The translations under genes were made by a program, and so were the position numbers. Under the pieces are notes generated by a model. It worked only from the letters and a program-made list of their open reading frames with translations. It did not search any database and had not been told where the DNA came from. From the human T2T-CHM13v2.0 reference genome, Homo sapiens, in assembly GCF_009914755.1 (NCBI RefSeq), contig NC_060942.1: a DNA stretch of 64,000 bases; one strand, 5' to 3'. Position 1 is the first letter of the stretch. Each line of letters begins with the position of its first letter. Positions 1 to 15,266 of the stretch are shown here, in pieces.

Positions 1-74
1 CTTGATAACCTGGCAAGTGCTGTCAGATGTTCCTCCTTGTGATGCTGTGAGATAAAAGTGACCACTCTTTGAGG

Positions 75-200
75 TCAGTCCCACCTTTTCCACTAACTGG
101 CCACGTGTCTGTGGGCAAGTGGTTTTATCAGTGTTGAGGCTCAGTTTCCTTAAGTAAAATGCTAGGGTTGGACAAGGGATCTTTAAATGCCTTTTGATCT
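75..200. mobile_element. MIR-family SINE remnant
   Basis: ctgtgggcaagt...ctcagtttcct...aaaatg...ggttggac resembles the MIR core. Confidence 0.55.
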
Positions 201-964
201 CTGGCAACCCATGACCCTTTACAACCAATTCCAGGTTTGTTTAGTATGTTCCAGGTTTAACACAAAATTAGATGTGAGTGTTCATTTTCAGCAAAATGGC
301 AAACAACAGGTTAATCATATGGGTCCCTTCCCACTACAAGGATGTGAAATTCCCAAGAAAATATCACAGAGTTAAGTTTGGGGGAAAAAAAGGGAAAAAA
401 GGAAGGAAAAGGGGGATAGAGGAAGGGAGAGAAACAGAGGCCCCAGAAATAAAGATAAAATTGAAGCCAGAGCTTTTATGTAAGGCTGACTACACAGTGC
501 TCAAGGAAGTTTCAGACTCTCGCAAATGCTCCCGAAGCCCTGGGAATAGTGGTGAGATTCTAATGCCCATGCAGGGACATGACCTTGGTCTTGCATGAGG
601 TAGCGGGGCCAGAACTGAGCCCCTTTCCTAAATCTCAAAGCCTCAAAAAGTCACCCTAACCATGAAAAGGTGGACTAAAGCACTCTGCCCACTGCCTCAG
701 AGATAAAGAGCAGAACATTCCCTTGTATCCCTAGCTCAGGACACCTTTGGGAAATCAGAACCTTAAGCATGAACCACTTTCAGTTGTAAGATCGGAATTT
801 ATACTACCTGTGTATCTGAGTAGGGGAATCCCATGACAATAAATTAATACAAACACAGTTCTAGGATCATTGAAAGTCCTTAGATCTCCAGAAAAGACAA
901 ACATATGTCCACTATGTAGAAACGATTTCACAACTCAGGACTCACAAGATTCCTATAGAAAAGA

Positions 965-1305
965 GGCCGGGCATGGCAGCACATGCCTGTAATCCCAGCA
1001 CTTTTGGAGGCTGAGGCAGGCAGATCACTTGAGGTCAGGAGTTCAAAACTAGCCTGGCCAACAAGGCTAAATCCCATTTCAATACAAAAATTAGCCAGGC
1101 ATACTGGCATATGCCTGTAGTCTCAGCTACTAGGGAGACTGAGGCAGGAGTAATACCTGAACTTGGGAGGCAGAGGTTTCAGTGAGCCGAGATCGCACCA
1201 CTGCACTCCAGCCTGGGCAACTAAGTGAGACTCCACCTCAAAAAAAAAAAAAAAGAAAAAGAAAAAAGAAAGAAAGAAAGAAAAAAGAAACAAAGAAAAG
1301 GAAAA
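965..1305 (+). mobile_element. Alu (old J/S type) with A/AAAG-expanded tail
   Basis: ggccgggcatgg start, dimeric body, poly(A) then (AAAG)n. Confidence 0.95.
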
Positions 1306-1399
1306 ATATCTGAGGTTGAACTGCCAGTATCACCCCCCAACACACACACAAATAAACTGCCATGAGGGACAGTGATAAAGGGAAAAAAAAACTTTAAAT

Positions 1400-4400
<3,001 letters not shown>

Positions 4401-4552
4401 AGAAGAAAAAGCTAAAATATACAAAGTTATATTCTTTGAGAATAGGGACTGGGGTAAGTAAAGTGGCATTGAATTGGCTTCCACAGAAATTAAGGAACCA
4501 GCACATAAGTAAATATGCACAAGGATGTTTATGGCCACAATGTTTGTGGTGA

Positions 4553-5405
4553 TGAAGCAGGATTATTTCCCTGAACGCTTCATGGGTGGGAACTGGAGTG
4601 CATGGGCGCTGGAACTTGCCAGCCACTCTGGCACTGGCAGGGGTGAACTCCACTCATGAAGACATGCTGCACTCCACCCCTCACGGAGGTGGAGCACGCA
4701 GGTGAGTAGATGCAGGAGCCAGGTGAGTGCTTTTTGGGTGCTGGAAGGAGCGAATTCCATACCAGCCCCACAGCAGCGTCTGGAGCAGTGCCTGCAACCC
4801 CTGAAGCCCAAGAGGACAGGTTACAGTACTCTTTTAGCTCTGCCATCCATGGACGCCTTAAGTGCTAACAGCTCAGTGGGGGCGGTCAGTGTGACACAGC
4901 ATTTTACACCTGCATTGTGGCACCCAAGTTCTTGTCCGGCGTCCAGGAGAAATGAGGTCGCACAAACAAACTGAAGATGGTAAATACAGAGGATTTTACT
5001 GCCAATGAAAGTGGCTTTCAGTAGGAAGGGGAGCTGAAAAGGGGACGGGGATGGAAGGTAATCTTCCCCTGAAGTCCAGCCATCCCTGGCCAAACTCCTG
5101 TCTGAAGCTACACCGTCAAACTGTCCCTCTGAACTCAAGCCACTTCTCTCCAACGTCCAACTGTAGTCTTCAACATCCAGCTGCTTCTCTTCTCTCTGCC
5201 AGTGGAGCCAGGGATTTTTTATGGGCTCAGGATGGGAGGCAGGGCAGGCCATGGGTGGTTTTGGAAAAGGCAACATTCGAGTGGGAAAACAGGGATGTAA
5301 ATTCTCCCTTTGGACCATGGTATCAGGCTTTTCAGCTTGAGGGTGGGGCCCTCACTGGGACCCACCCTCTTCTGCCCAGAATTTCCCTGTCTCCTGTCCC
5401 TATCA
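4553..5405 (-). mobile_element. ERV1 solo LTR (LTR1/LTR27/LTR28/MER52 group)
   Basis: TG...CA termini, exact 4-bp TSD GTGA (4549-4552, 5406-5409); minus strand starts tgatagggacaggagacagggaaattctgggcagaagaggg; interrupts an L1 3' fragment. Confidence 0.85.
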
Positions 5406-6307
5406 GTGACATAAAACTGAAAACAATCTGAATGCTCATTAATAGGGAGAAGGTTGAATAAACTATAATATAGCCATAACATGGAATTTTACTTAGCTAT
5501 TTTTAAAAATGAATTAAATTTGTATCCATTTATCTGGAGATTATCCTTCATGTACTATCAAGAGAGAAAAACAAGTTGTGAAAAAATACATGCTGTATGA
5601 TTGGATTTTTTTTGCAAACAACAGTAACAAAACACCCTTATTTAAGATATATATGAATATATATGTGCATGTGTTTATAGGAGCTTGGAGAAACATGTAG
5701 AAGAATGCATACCAAGTGTTAACATTGGTTACCTTGGAGGGACAGGAATAAAAAAGGTAGGGAGATGTTAAAGAAAAAAATAGAACACAAAAAAGAGAGA
5801 CATGAGAAATCTGAAAAACACATTCAGAGACATGAAAAAGAGAATAACAAGGTCCAATATACATATAAAAGAGGACTCAGATAGATAAATAGAGGACTGA
5901 GGAGAGAAAATATTCAGAGACTAGGACAAAATTTTTCAGAATCGGTGAATGTCAGGAATTCTTAGTCTTGAATCCCAAGCAGGATTGTGGTGAAACCGCA
6001 GATCACCAAAGATAAAAACAAAAAAAAATTTTAAAGCAACATGAGAGAGAGAGAGAGAACCCTCTAAATAAATGACAGCCTGAAGCAGACTACACCTTAT
6101 CAATTACACAAATCAAAAGGTAATGAAATAATATACTCAAATGCTGAGGGAAGATATCTATGTAAAATTCTATACCTAGAAAAATTATTATTCAAGACCA
6201 AGAGTGAATTAAAGATACTTTCAGTCAGAGACTGAGATGCTTTAATATTCCCAAATCCTTAATGAAATAGCTATTCAAGGATGTACTTCAGTAAGAAGGA
6301 ATTTGAA

Positions 6308-6474
6308 CTGGGACTACAGGTGCATGCCATGCCTGGCTAATTTTTTGTATTTTTGGTAGAGACGTGGTTTCACCGTATTGCCCAGGCTAGTCTCAAAACT
6401 CCTGGACTCAAGCAATCTGCCTGCCTCAGCCTCTCAAAGTGCTGGGATTACAGGTGTTAGCCACCACGCCCAGC
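6308..6474 (-). mobile_element. Partial Alu (left arm plus linker)
   Basis: ggactacaggtg...aaagtgctgggattacaggtgttagccaccacgcccagc. Confidence 0.9.
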
Positions 6475-6849
6475 TCTCAAATATAATTTTTAATGTTTGA
6501 GGGTAACAACTGTCAAAACAATAGGACAAAATGTATACATTACAAATCAGTGGAAAACAGTGTAAGAAAAAGTCAAGTAATTTAATGTGAGGCAGAATAA
6601 GAAGAAAAAACAAGTAAAGAAGTAGCATGGTATATAGAAAACATTCAGGCTCCTAGTGAATTCCAAATATATGAGTAATCATAATAAATATAAATGACTT
6701 TAACCTGTTAGAAGACAGAAAACCTCAGATTGGATTTTTTAAAACTCCAGCTCTTTACAAGAAAGAAGCCTAAAACACAAGGATTAACATAAAGGAAGAG
6801 AAAGCAATACCATAGGGAAATGCTCACAAGAACTTGGTATAGTCATTAG

Positions 6850-7290
6850 ACAAATCAGCTTGGGCTGTCATACCAAAATGCCACAGACCAGGTGTCTTAA
6901 ACAGCAGAAGTTTACTTCTCACAGTTCTGGAGGCTGGTAAGTCCAAAATCAAGGTGCTGGCTGATTTCATTTCTGGTGAGGCCTCTCTTTTTGGCCTACA
7001 GATGGCCGCCTTCTTGCTGTGTCCTCACATGGTCTTTCCTCAGGTGTACATACAGAAAGAAAAATCTCTTCCTTCTTTTTCTTAAAAGATCACTAATGCC
7101 ATTGTGAGGGCCCTGCTGTTCTGACCTAATGACACGGGAAGAGAACACTCCACCCAATAAGCATGGAATACACAGTAGAGAATGTAACTTTAATTACTTC
7201 CCAAAGGCCTCATCTCCAAATATTATCACATTAGAGGTTGGAGCTTCTGCGTATGAATTTTGGTGGGACACAAACATTCAGTTTATATAA
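6850..7290 (-). mobile_element. MLT1-type MaLR LTR containing a ~55-bp foreign insert
   Basis: ctcacagttctggaggctgg...ttcttgctgtgtcctcacatgg...acaaacattcagt. Confidence 0.8.
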
Positions 7291-7304
7291 GCAATATAAA
7301 CATC

Positions 7305-7973
<669 letters not shown>

Positions 7974-8136
7974 TACAGCCAAAAGCATTTTGAGGGATAA
8001 AGAGGATCACTTGTTAATATGAAGATATATTCACCAGAATCCTTTTGTATGCCTCATGACGCAGTGTCAAATATTTACAGCAAAAATTGAATTAACTACA
8101 AGAAAGTAACAATTCAAAATTATAGTGGGAGATTTT

Positions 8137-8893
8137 ATTTATTTATTTATTTATATTTTATTTTTTATGTCTCTATTGAACTTAATACATTAAAAATAGA
8201 AGAAAATCATTTTACATGTATTCAATTTATTATTTTAAAAATTGAGGTATTCAATGAAAATGTCAAAAATATGCAAGAAAATAGAATACAGGAAAGTGGT
8301 ATTTAGGTGGTGTGATTGTGTGCCTTTGCATTTAGAATGAAGTCCTCTGTTATTAACTGATATATTTGAGTATTTGTCCCCCCGAATCTCATATTGAAAT
8401 ATAATCCCCAATGCTGAAGGAGGAAGTGACTGGATCATGGGTCTGGATTTCTCATGAATGGTTTAGCACTATCCCCTTGGTGTCTTCTTTGTGATAGTGA
8501 GTTCTCATGACATCTAGTTGTTTCAAAGTGTTTGGCACCTTCCCCGTCTCCTCTCTCTTACTCCTTCTCTGGCTATGTGATGTGCCTGCACCCATTTCAC
8601 CTTCTGCTACGAGTAAAAGCTCCCTGTGGCTTTCCTAGAAGCTGAGCAGATTCTGGCACCATGATTGTACAGCCTGCAGAACCGTAAGTCAATTAAACCT
8701 CTTTTGTTTATAAATTACCCAGTCTCCGGTGTTCCTCTATGGCAATGCAAGAATTTCTTGGCCTACTCCTGTTCAGCTAAAATGTCACATCCATGAGGAT
8801 CTTCTTTATCCTCCTGCAAGGATGGGTGCCTTGGATATGCTGTTTCATTTACCACATTTGTGATTCCTTAACACACATGATCTGCCAGAAGCA
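8137..8893 (-). other. L1-machinery retroposed non-coding segment (orphan transduction or retrocopy)
   Basis: 16-bp TSD tatagtgggagatttt (8121-8136, 8894-8909) and T-rich tail at the left end. Confidence 0.7.
8358..8753 (+). mobile_element. MST-type MaLR LTR, 3' terminus missing
   Basis: tgatatatttgagtatttgtcccc start; aattaaacctcttttgtttataaattacccagtctc near end; terminal ...taataca absent. Confidence 0.8.
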
Positions 8894-11877
8894 TATAGTG
8901 GGAGATTTTTAGTACACATCTCTATGAAATTGACAGCTCAAGTTTTTTTTTTAAAAAAGGGAAAAGATTTAATATTGAAATAAGGCATTATACAAGCTTC
9001 AGCTAATGACATGGGAAGAGAATTCTCTACCCAATAAATAGAGAATGCACATGAAATGTTCATAAAAATTGAACAGGTTCCAGGCCACAGAACAAATAAC
9101 AAATTTCAAAGAACTGTTATCATACAGACCACATTCTTCAACCAAAATACAATAAAAAAATTGAGATAGATAAAACCACAATCCCTAAACCCAAGTACAT
9201 TTTGAAATTTCAGAAGCACACTGCTAAATTATTAATATGAAATCAAAATGAAAGTAAAACATATTTAGGACTGAACAACTGAAGCCCTAAATTTCAGTTG
9301 AAGAAAATGTTTAGCATTGAATTTAATATTAGTAAACAAGAAAAATTTTAAGAAAGTTAGAGAAAGGGCAACAATGTAAACTCAAAAACAATAGAAGAAA
9401 ATCCTTTTTCCACACATGGTTAAAGTAGCAGGAAGGCAATAATAAAGACAACAAATCAATAGAATCAAAACAGAAACAATAGAGAATAGAAACAAAATAG
9501 AGGCTGATTCTTTAAAAAGACTAATAAAATAGGTAAATATTTGACAAGATTGAGCAAGGAAAAAGAAAGAGCACAAATAAACACTATTAGGCATAAAATG
9601 GGTCATAACTAAATAGAGTAAAGATTTTAAAGCATGAGAATTCTTTTCTGTATTTTAAAGCAATAAATCTAAAAACAGATAAAATGGAAAACCTTTTAGA
9701 AAAATATGTTACCAAAGTTGACACATAAAAATATGGAAAAAGAACAAAGAATCCTGAATGTATTTTTATGAGTTCAGTCTAAACCTACATTGTAGAAAAA
9801 CACTAAGACAATACAAAAAAAGGCAAGTATTGGTCAATCTCAGTTAAAGTATCAATGCAAAAAATCTGAAAAAAAAAATTAGCAAAAATTCCAGCAGTAT
9901 AGTGTGTGCACAAATATATAGTATTTCTTTAATATACATATTTGAGATTATATCTATCAAAATATCATGTTTATCACACAATAAATATACGGAATGTGTG
10001 TGAGATGACCCAGTAGGTTTTATCCCAGAAGCTCAAGTAAGAGTCAACATTAGAAAATCTTAATGTAATTCCCCACATTGGCAAATTAGGAAGGAAAAAC
10101 CATATAATCATCTCAATAGATGCAGAAAAATCATTTAACAAATTTAACCCCCATTCACAATTTAAAAATAAAATAAAATACCTAGCCAACAGAAACAGAA
10201 GGAAGTTTCTCCTAAGAACCTACAAGAAACTTTAGGAACATTTCCTTTAAAATCAGCAACTAGATAAATATGTCTTCTCTCTCACCACTCTATTCATTAT
10301 TGTATGAGATACCTTGCTGATGTAATAAAGCAAGAAAAAGGAGTAAGAAAATCAGAATTAGAAATGAAGGGGGAATATGTGGCATTATTTGCAAATGATA
10401 AGATTGTCTACATAGATAATCCATGAGAAACTATGAACAATTACAAGAAATAAGAGGGTTTGGCAGGGACGCTGGAGACAAGATTAATATACAAACATCC
10501 ATGGCATCAGTAACAACCAATTAGAAAATGTAATTTTCATAAGATGTCATTAGCAATAGAGATCTTACACCTGTGAGGTACCTAGGAATAAATCTAAAGA
10601 AAGAGGTGCAAGGCCTATATGGAAAAAAAAATTATAAAACTTCATTGAAACTCATAAGACCTAAATAAACAGAGATATATCTCATGCTCAGGAGTGAGAA
10701 GATTCCACAATTTCAACATCAAATCCCCTAAAATTAATACATAAATTGAATGAAATTCATATAAAAATCCCAGAAAGGTTTTCTTCATGGATATTTGTAA
10801 CCGGTTTTAAAATTGTGGTCCAAAAGCAGCCAAGATAACTTTGAAAAAGAATAATATGGGGACTTGTCCTACCAGATATCAAGACATATACAATATACTT
10901 AATTATGCCATAAAATTAAGACACTATAGTATTGGTGTAAATATAGATAACTAGACTAACGCAATAGAGAGAGCCCCACACATGTGGGAATTTGGTATGT
11001 GACAGAGATAGCATTACAAACTATGGGGAAAAAAAAAACTAAACTAATAGGTGGTTCGCGGACAACTGTTACCCATATGGAGAAAAAAAATAGATCACTA
11101 ACTCACACTATATCCAAAAATGAATTCCAAGAGAATTACAGTTAACTTTAAAACATTTAGGAAAAAATGTTTTTTAGACACTATTTTTATGGTCTTAAGT
11201 GAGGGACTGACAAAAAAAAATACAAACCATAAAGTAAAAAAGAAGAAGAAGGAAAGAAGATAAAATTGAGAAATTTGATGTTAAACATTCTGTGATGAAG
11301 GATGCCAAAAAACAATGTTTAAAGGCAATAAATAGCCTTGGAGAGAGAAAATTTCTGTAAGTATTCATAATATTTAGTGAACACTTAGTACTCTATAAGG
11401 AAAAAACAACCCACTACAAAAAAGTGAGCAAAGTCTAGAGTCAGGTAATACAAAGAGAAAGAAAAAAATCCCAAATGATGAAAAACCGTAGGAAAAACCA
11501 ACACTAAACACATAACCTCATAAGTAATCAGAGAAATACAAATCAAGACAATTAAATACCTTTTCAATACATCAGATTAGCAAATTTTAAAAGCCCAACA
11601 ATGTCAAGAGTGGGAGAAGATGCAGAATAATAAGAATTGTACACATTGTTGCTGAAAGCAAACTGAGAGCAATTTGGCAACGCCTACCAACCTTTATGAT
11701 GTTTGTACCCCAAGACCCAGTAATTCCACTTCTTCTGTATCTTTGAAAAGTTCAACAAATCCACATGGAAACAAGTCCAGAGAAGGTCACAATAGAACTG
11801 TTTATAAAATGACAACCTGGAAACATCAGTTAGGGAGTGGATATATTATGATATATTTATAGAAAGAAATTGGTTTA

Positions 11878-12225
11878 TGTCTGAGTCTTTTCAGGTTGCT
11901 ATAACACAAATACCATAGACTGGGTGACTTATGTAACATTTATCTTTCAGTTCTGAAGGATGGAATCCCAGATCAAGGAGCCAGCAGATGTGGTGGTGTG
12001 GACCCACTTCCTGGTTCATAGAGGACCTTCCCACTGTGCCCTCATACAGTGAAGGGGTAAGAGAGCTCCGTGGGGTCTCTTTTAGAAGGGCACTAAACCC
12101 ACTCATGAGGGCTCTACCCTTGTGACCTAATCACCTCCAAAATCCTGCCTCCTAATAGCATCGTATTTGGGATTAGGATTTCAGCATATGAATTTTGCAG
12201 GGAAAGAAACATTCAGTTTATAACA
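11878..12225 (-). mobile_element. MLT1A-type MaLR LTR
   Basis: ttgctataacacaaataccatagactgggtgactt...acattcagtttataaca. Confidence 0.8.
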
Positions 12226-12382
12226 ATATAACAGTTAAAGGAATTAGCTCTACATACATTAATTAGGATAAATCTCAGAAACATAACTTCAAGTGATAAA
12301 GCAAGTTCCAGAAAGATGGATTATTGATAACATTACCATTCGTTTTTTAAACTTGCAAAATGATACTAGTTATTGTTTATGA

Positions 12383-12705
12383 CAGTGGTCCCCAACCTTT
12401 CTGGCACTGGTTTAATAGAAGACAGTTTTTCCATAGACGGGGGTGGGGGATGGTTTCAGGATGACTCAAGCACATTACATTTATCATTAGATTCTCATAA
12501 GGAGCGAGCAACCAAGATCCCTCGGGTGCACAGTTCACAATAGGGTTGCGCTCCTATGAGAATCTAATGCCGTGGCTGATCTGACAGGAGGTGGGGCTCA
12601 GGTGGTCATGCTGGCTCTCCTGCAGCTCACCTTCTGCGGTGCTGCCAGGTTCCTAACAGGCCACGGACCTGTACCGGTCCATGGCCTGGGGGCTGGGGAC
12701 CCCTG
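12383..12705. mobile_element. MER1-type hAT DNA transposon
   Basis: TIRs cagtggtcccca / tggggacccctg; 8-bp TSD gtttatga / gcttatga. Confidence 0.85.
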
Positions 12706-13029
12706 GCTTATGACACATAATCACATAGCAAAATGCAACAGGTATGTAACAGTGCAACTTCTAAAGAGTGTTTACTGCTGGGAAAGCTGTGGAAGAATGC
12801 TGTCAGTTTGGGGTCACAAAAGAGGCTTAAACTACAACATTTTCTGTTAAAAAATATTTTTAAAATGTGGCTAATGTCAATATTTATTAAATCTGAGTTG
12901 GGGTACCTGATTGTTTGCTATATTATTCTCTGTAAATTTTGTATTTTAAATATTAAATAGTTCATAATTTTTAAAGTTACTGTTTAAAAGGGTATACATG
13001 ATCTTTTTCTGCACATTTCCCCAACATTT

Positions 13030-13458
13030 TCTTTTTCTTTTAAAATTTAATTTTATTTTATTTTAAGCACTGGGATACATTTGTAGGATGTGCAGGTTAG
13101 TTACATAGGTAAACGTGTGCCATGGTGGTTTGCTGCACCTATCAACCCATCACCTAGGTATTAAGCTCCGTATGCATTAGCTATTTATTCTGATGCTCTC
13201 CCTCCTCCTGCCCCCTCCAATAGGCCCCAGTGTGTGTTGTCTCCCTCCCTGCATCAATGTGTTTTCATTGTTCAGCTCCCACTTATAAGTGAGAACATGC
13301 AGTATTTGGTTTTCTGTTCCCGTGTTAGTTTGCTGAGGATAATGGCTTCCAGTTCCATCCATGTCCCTGCAAAGGACATGATCTCATTCCTTTTTATGGC
13401 TGCGTAGTATTCCATGGTGTATATGTATCACATTTCCTTTATCTAGTCTATCACCGAT
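13030..13458 (-). mobile_element. 5'-truncated primate L1PA 3' end
   Basis: L1PA 3' UTR (ctcccacttataagtgagaacatgcagtatttgg); 16-bp TSD catttccccaacattt at 13014-13029 and 13459-13474. Confidence 0.92.
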
Positions 13459-13529
13459 CATTTCCCCAACATTTCAATCTAGGTATACAGTTGTGTTGGC
13501 AGTCTGGGACCTGAGGAACAGTCCTTGTT

Positions 13530-13830
13530 CCAACACTACCACGCTGAGTGACTCTGAGCAAATCAGTGAACCTCTCTGGGCCTTATCTGTGTGCTCATCT
13601 GTAAAATGGGGATACTCATAGTAGTTATGACTTAGAGGCAGTGGTTAAGCGCATGGTCTCTGGAATTCGATCTGGACTTGATCCTCAGCTCTGCTACTTA
13701 CCAGCTGTGAGACCTTAGTCAATTTACTTAAACTCTCTAAGATGTACTATCCTCATCTAAAAATGCAAACAGAGATAGCATCTAGCTCACAGATCTCTTA
13801 TGAGAATAAAACAAAAGGAATAATGAAAAT
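13530..13830. mobile_element. Two MIR fragments
   Basis: ctcatctgtaaaatggggata; ctctgctacttaccagctgtgagacctt. Confidence 0.7.
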
Positions 13831-13844
13831 CTCTTAGCAGACCA

Positions 13845-14765
13845 TCATCAACAAAATAAAATTACAAAACCAAGAGAAGATATTTGCTGTGCATATAATG
13901 GACAAGGGAGTGGTGTCAAGCATACATTACATACTCCAATAAGCCAATAAAGAAACAACGAACCAATAGAAAAACGGGCCAAGGAAAGAAAGAGATAACT
14001 CATGGAGGAAATCCTGACTACTCGGTATGCAAATGAAAATATGCTCAACCTCACTGGTAATCAGGAAATTGCAACTGAAACCTGAAACAACTATCAGATT
14101 GGCAAAGGAAAAAATTTTTAAATATGACTCTAACAAGTATTGAAGAGAATACTGAGCATTAGGAATTCTCAGACCCTGCTGCTGAGAAGGGGCTTGCACT
14201 TTGGAGAGCAATTTGGCAACATCCAGGGAAGACGATGTGCTAATTCATCACTTTGCTACTGGCTACATATCCAAGAGAAACTACCAGGCATGGTGTGCAA
14301 AGAACATATCAAAAAGCTAGACACACCTGTAGCATTCTTCCAAAGGACATCTTAAAATTAGAAATAACTTCCATGTCCTCCATCTGATAACTACAACACA
14401 GCATGGAAAATGTATAGAGGTCCATGTTTTGCAACGGACAAATCTTACAAATACAATGTAGAACACAAACTCCATGATATCCTTTATATAAAGTTTAAAT
14501 ACATTTAAAAATATATATATATAGTTTAAGGATACACACATGTGAAAGATAAAACCATGCATGGTTATAATGAGCATTGAGCATCACATTTAAACTGATG
14601 ACTGTGACGTTCAGGGAAGGAAAAAGCGGGTGGAAATGGGGAAAGTCTATCTCTTTTTTACAAAAAAGAACAAGGACATGACAAAATAGTGGTGAATGCA
14701 CATTTATACACAATCTTATTCTCTGCATTTTCTGTTTGCTCGAGATCTTTCACAATAAAAAAATA
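13845..14765 (+). mobile_element. Ancient L1ME-type 3' region
   Basis: atgctcaacctcactggtaatcaggaaattgcaa; ends tttcacaataaaaaaa. Confidence 0.7.
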
Positions 14766-14902
14766 CTGTGTGATGCTCAATGCTCATTATCACCATGCAT
14801 GGTTTTATCTTTCACATGTGTGTATCCTTAAACTATATATATATATTTTTAAATGTATTTAAACTTTATATAAAGGATATCATGGAGTTTGTGTTCTACA
14901 TT
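14455..14902. repeat. 134-bp inverted repeat, arms 14455-14588 and 14769-14902, 180-bp spacer
   Basis: Base-by-base reverse-complement comparison by eye: one mismatch. Confidence 0.95.
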
Positions 14903-14909
14903 TATAAGA

Positions 14910-15266
14910 TGATATGATTTGGCTGTGTCTCCACCCAAATCTCACCTTGAATTGTAGCTCCCATAATCCCCACGTATCATGGGAGGCACCTGGTGGGAGG
15001 CAACTGAATCATGGAGGTGGGTTTTTCCCAAGTTCTCGTATATTGAATAAGTCTCACAAGATCTGATGGTTTTATAAATGGGAGTTCCCCTGCACATGGC
15101 TCTCTTGCCTGCCCTCATGTAAGACGTGCCTTTGCTCCTCCTTCACCTTCCACAGATTGTGAGGCCTCCCCAGCCATGTGGAACTGTGAGTCCATTAAAA
15201 CTTTTTCTTTACAAATTACCCAGTCTCGGGTATTTCTTCATAGCAGTATGAAAACAGACTAATACA
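14910..15266 (+). mobile_element. THE1/MST MaLR solo LTR
   Basis: tgatatgatttggctgtgtc...aacagactaataca. Confidence 0.9.
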
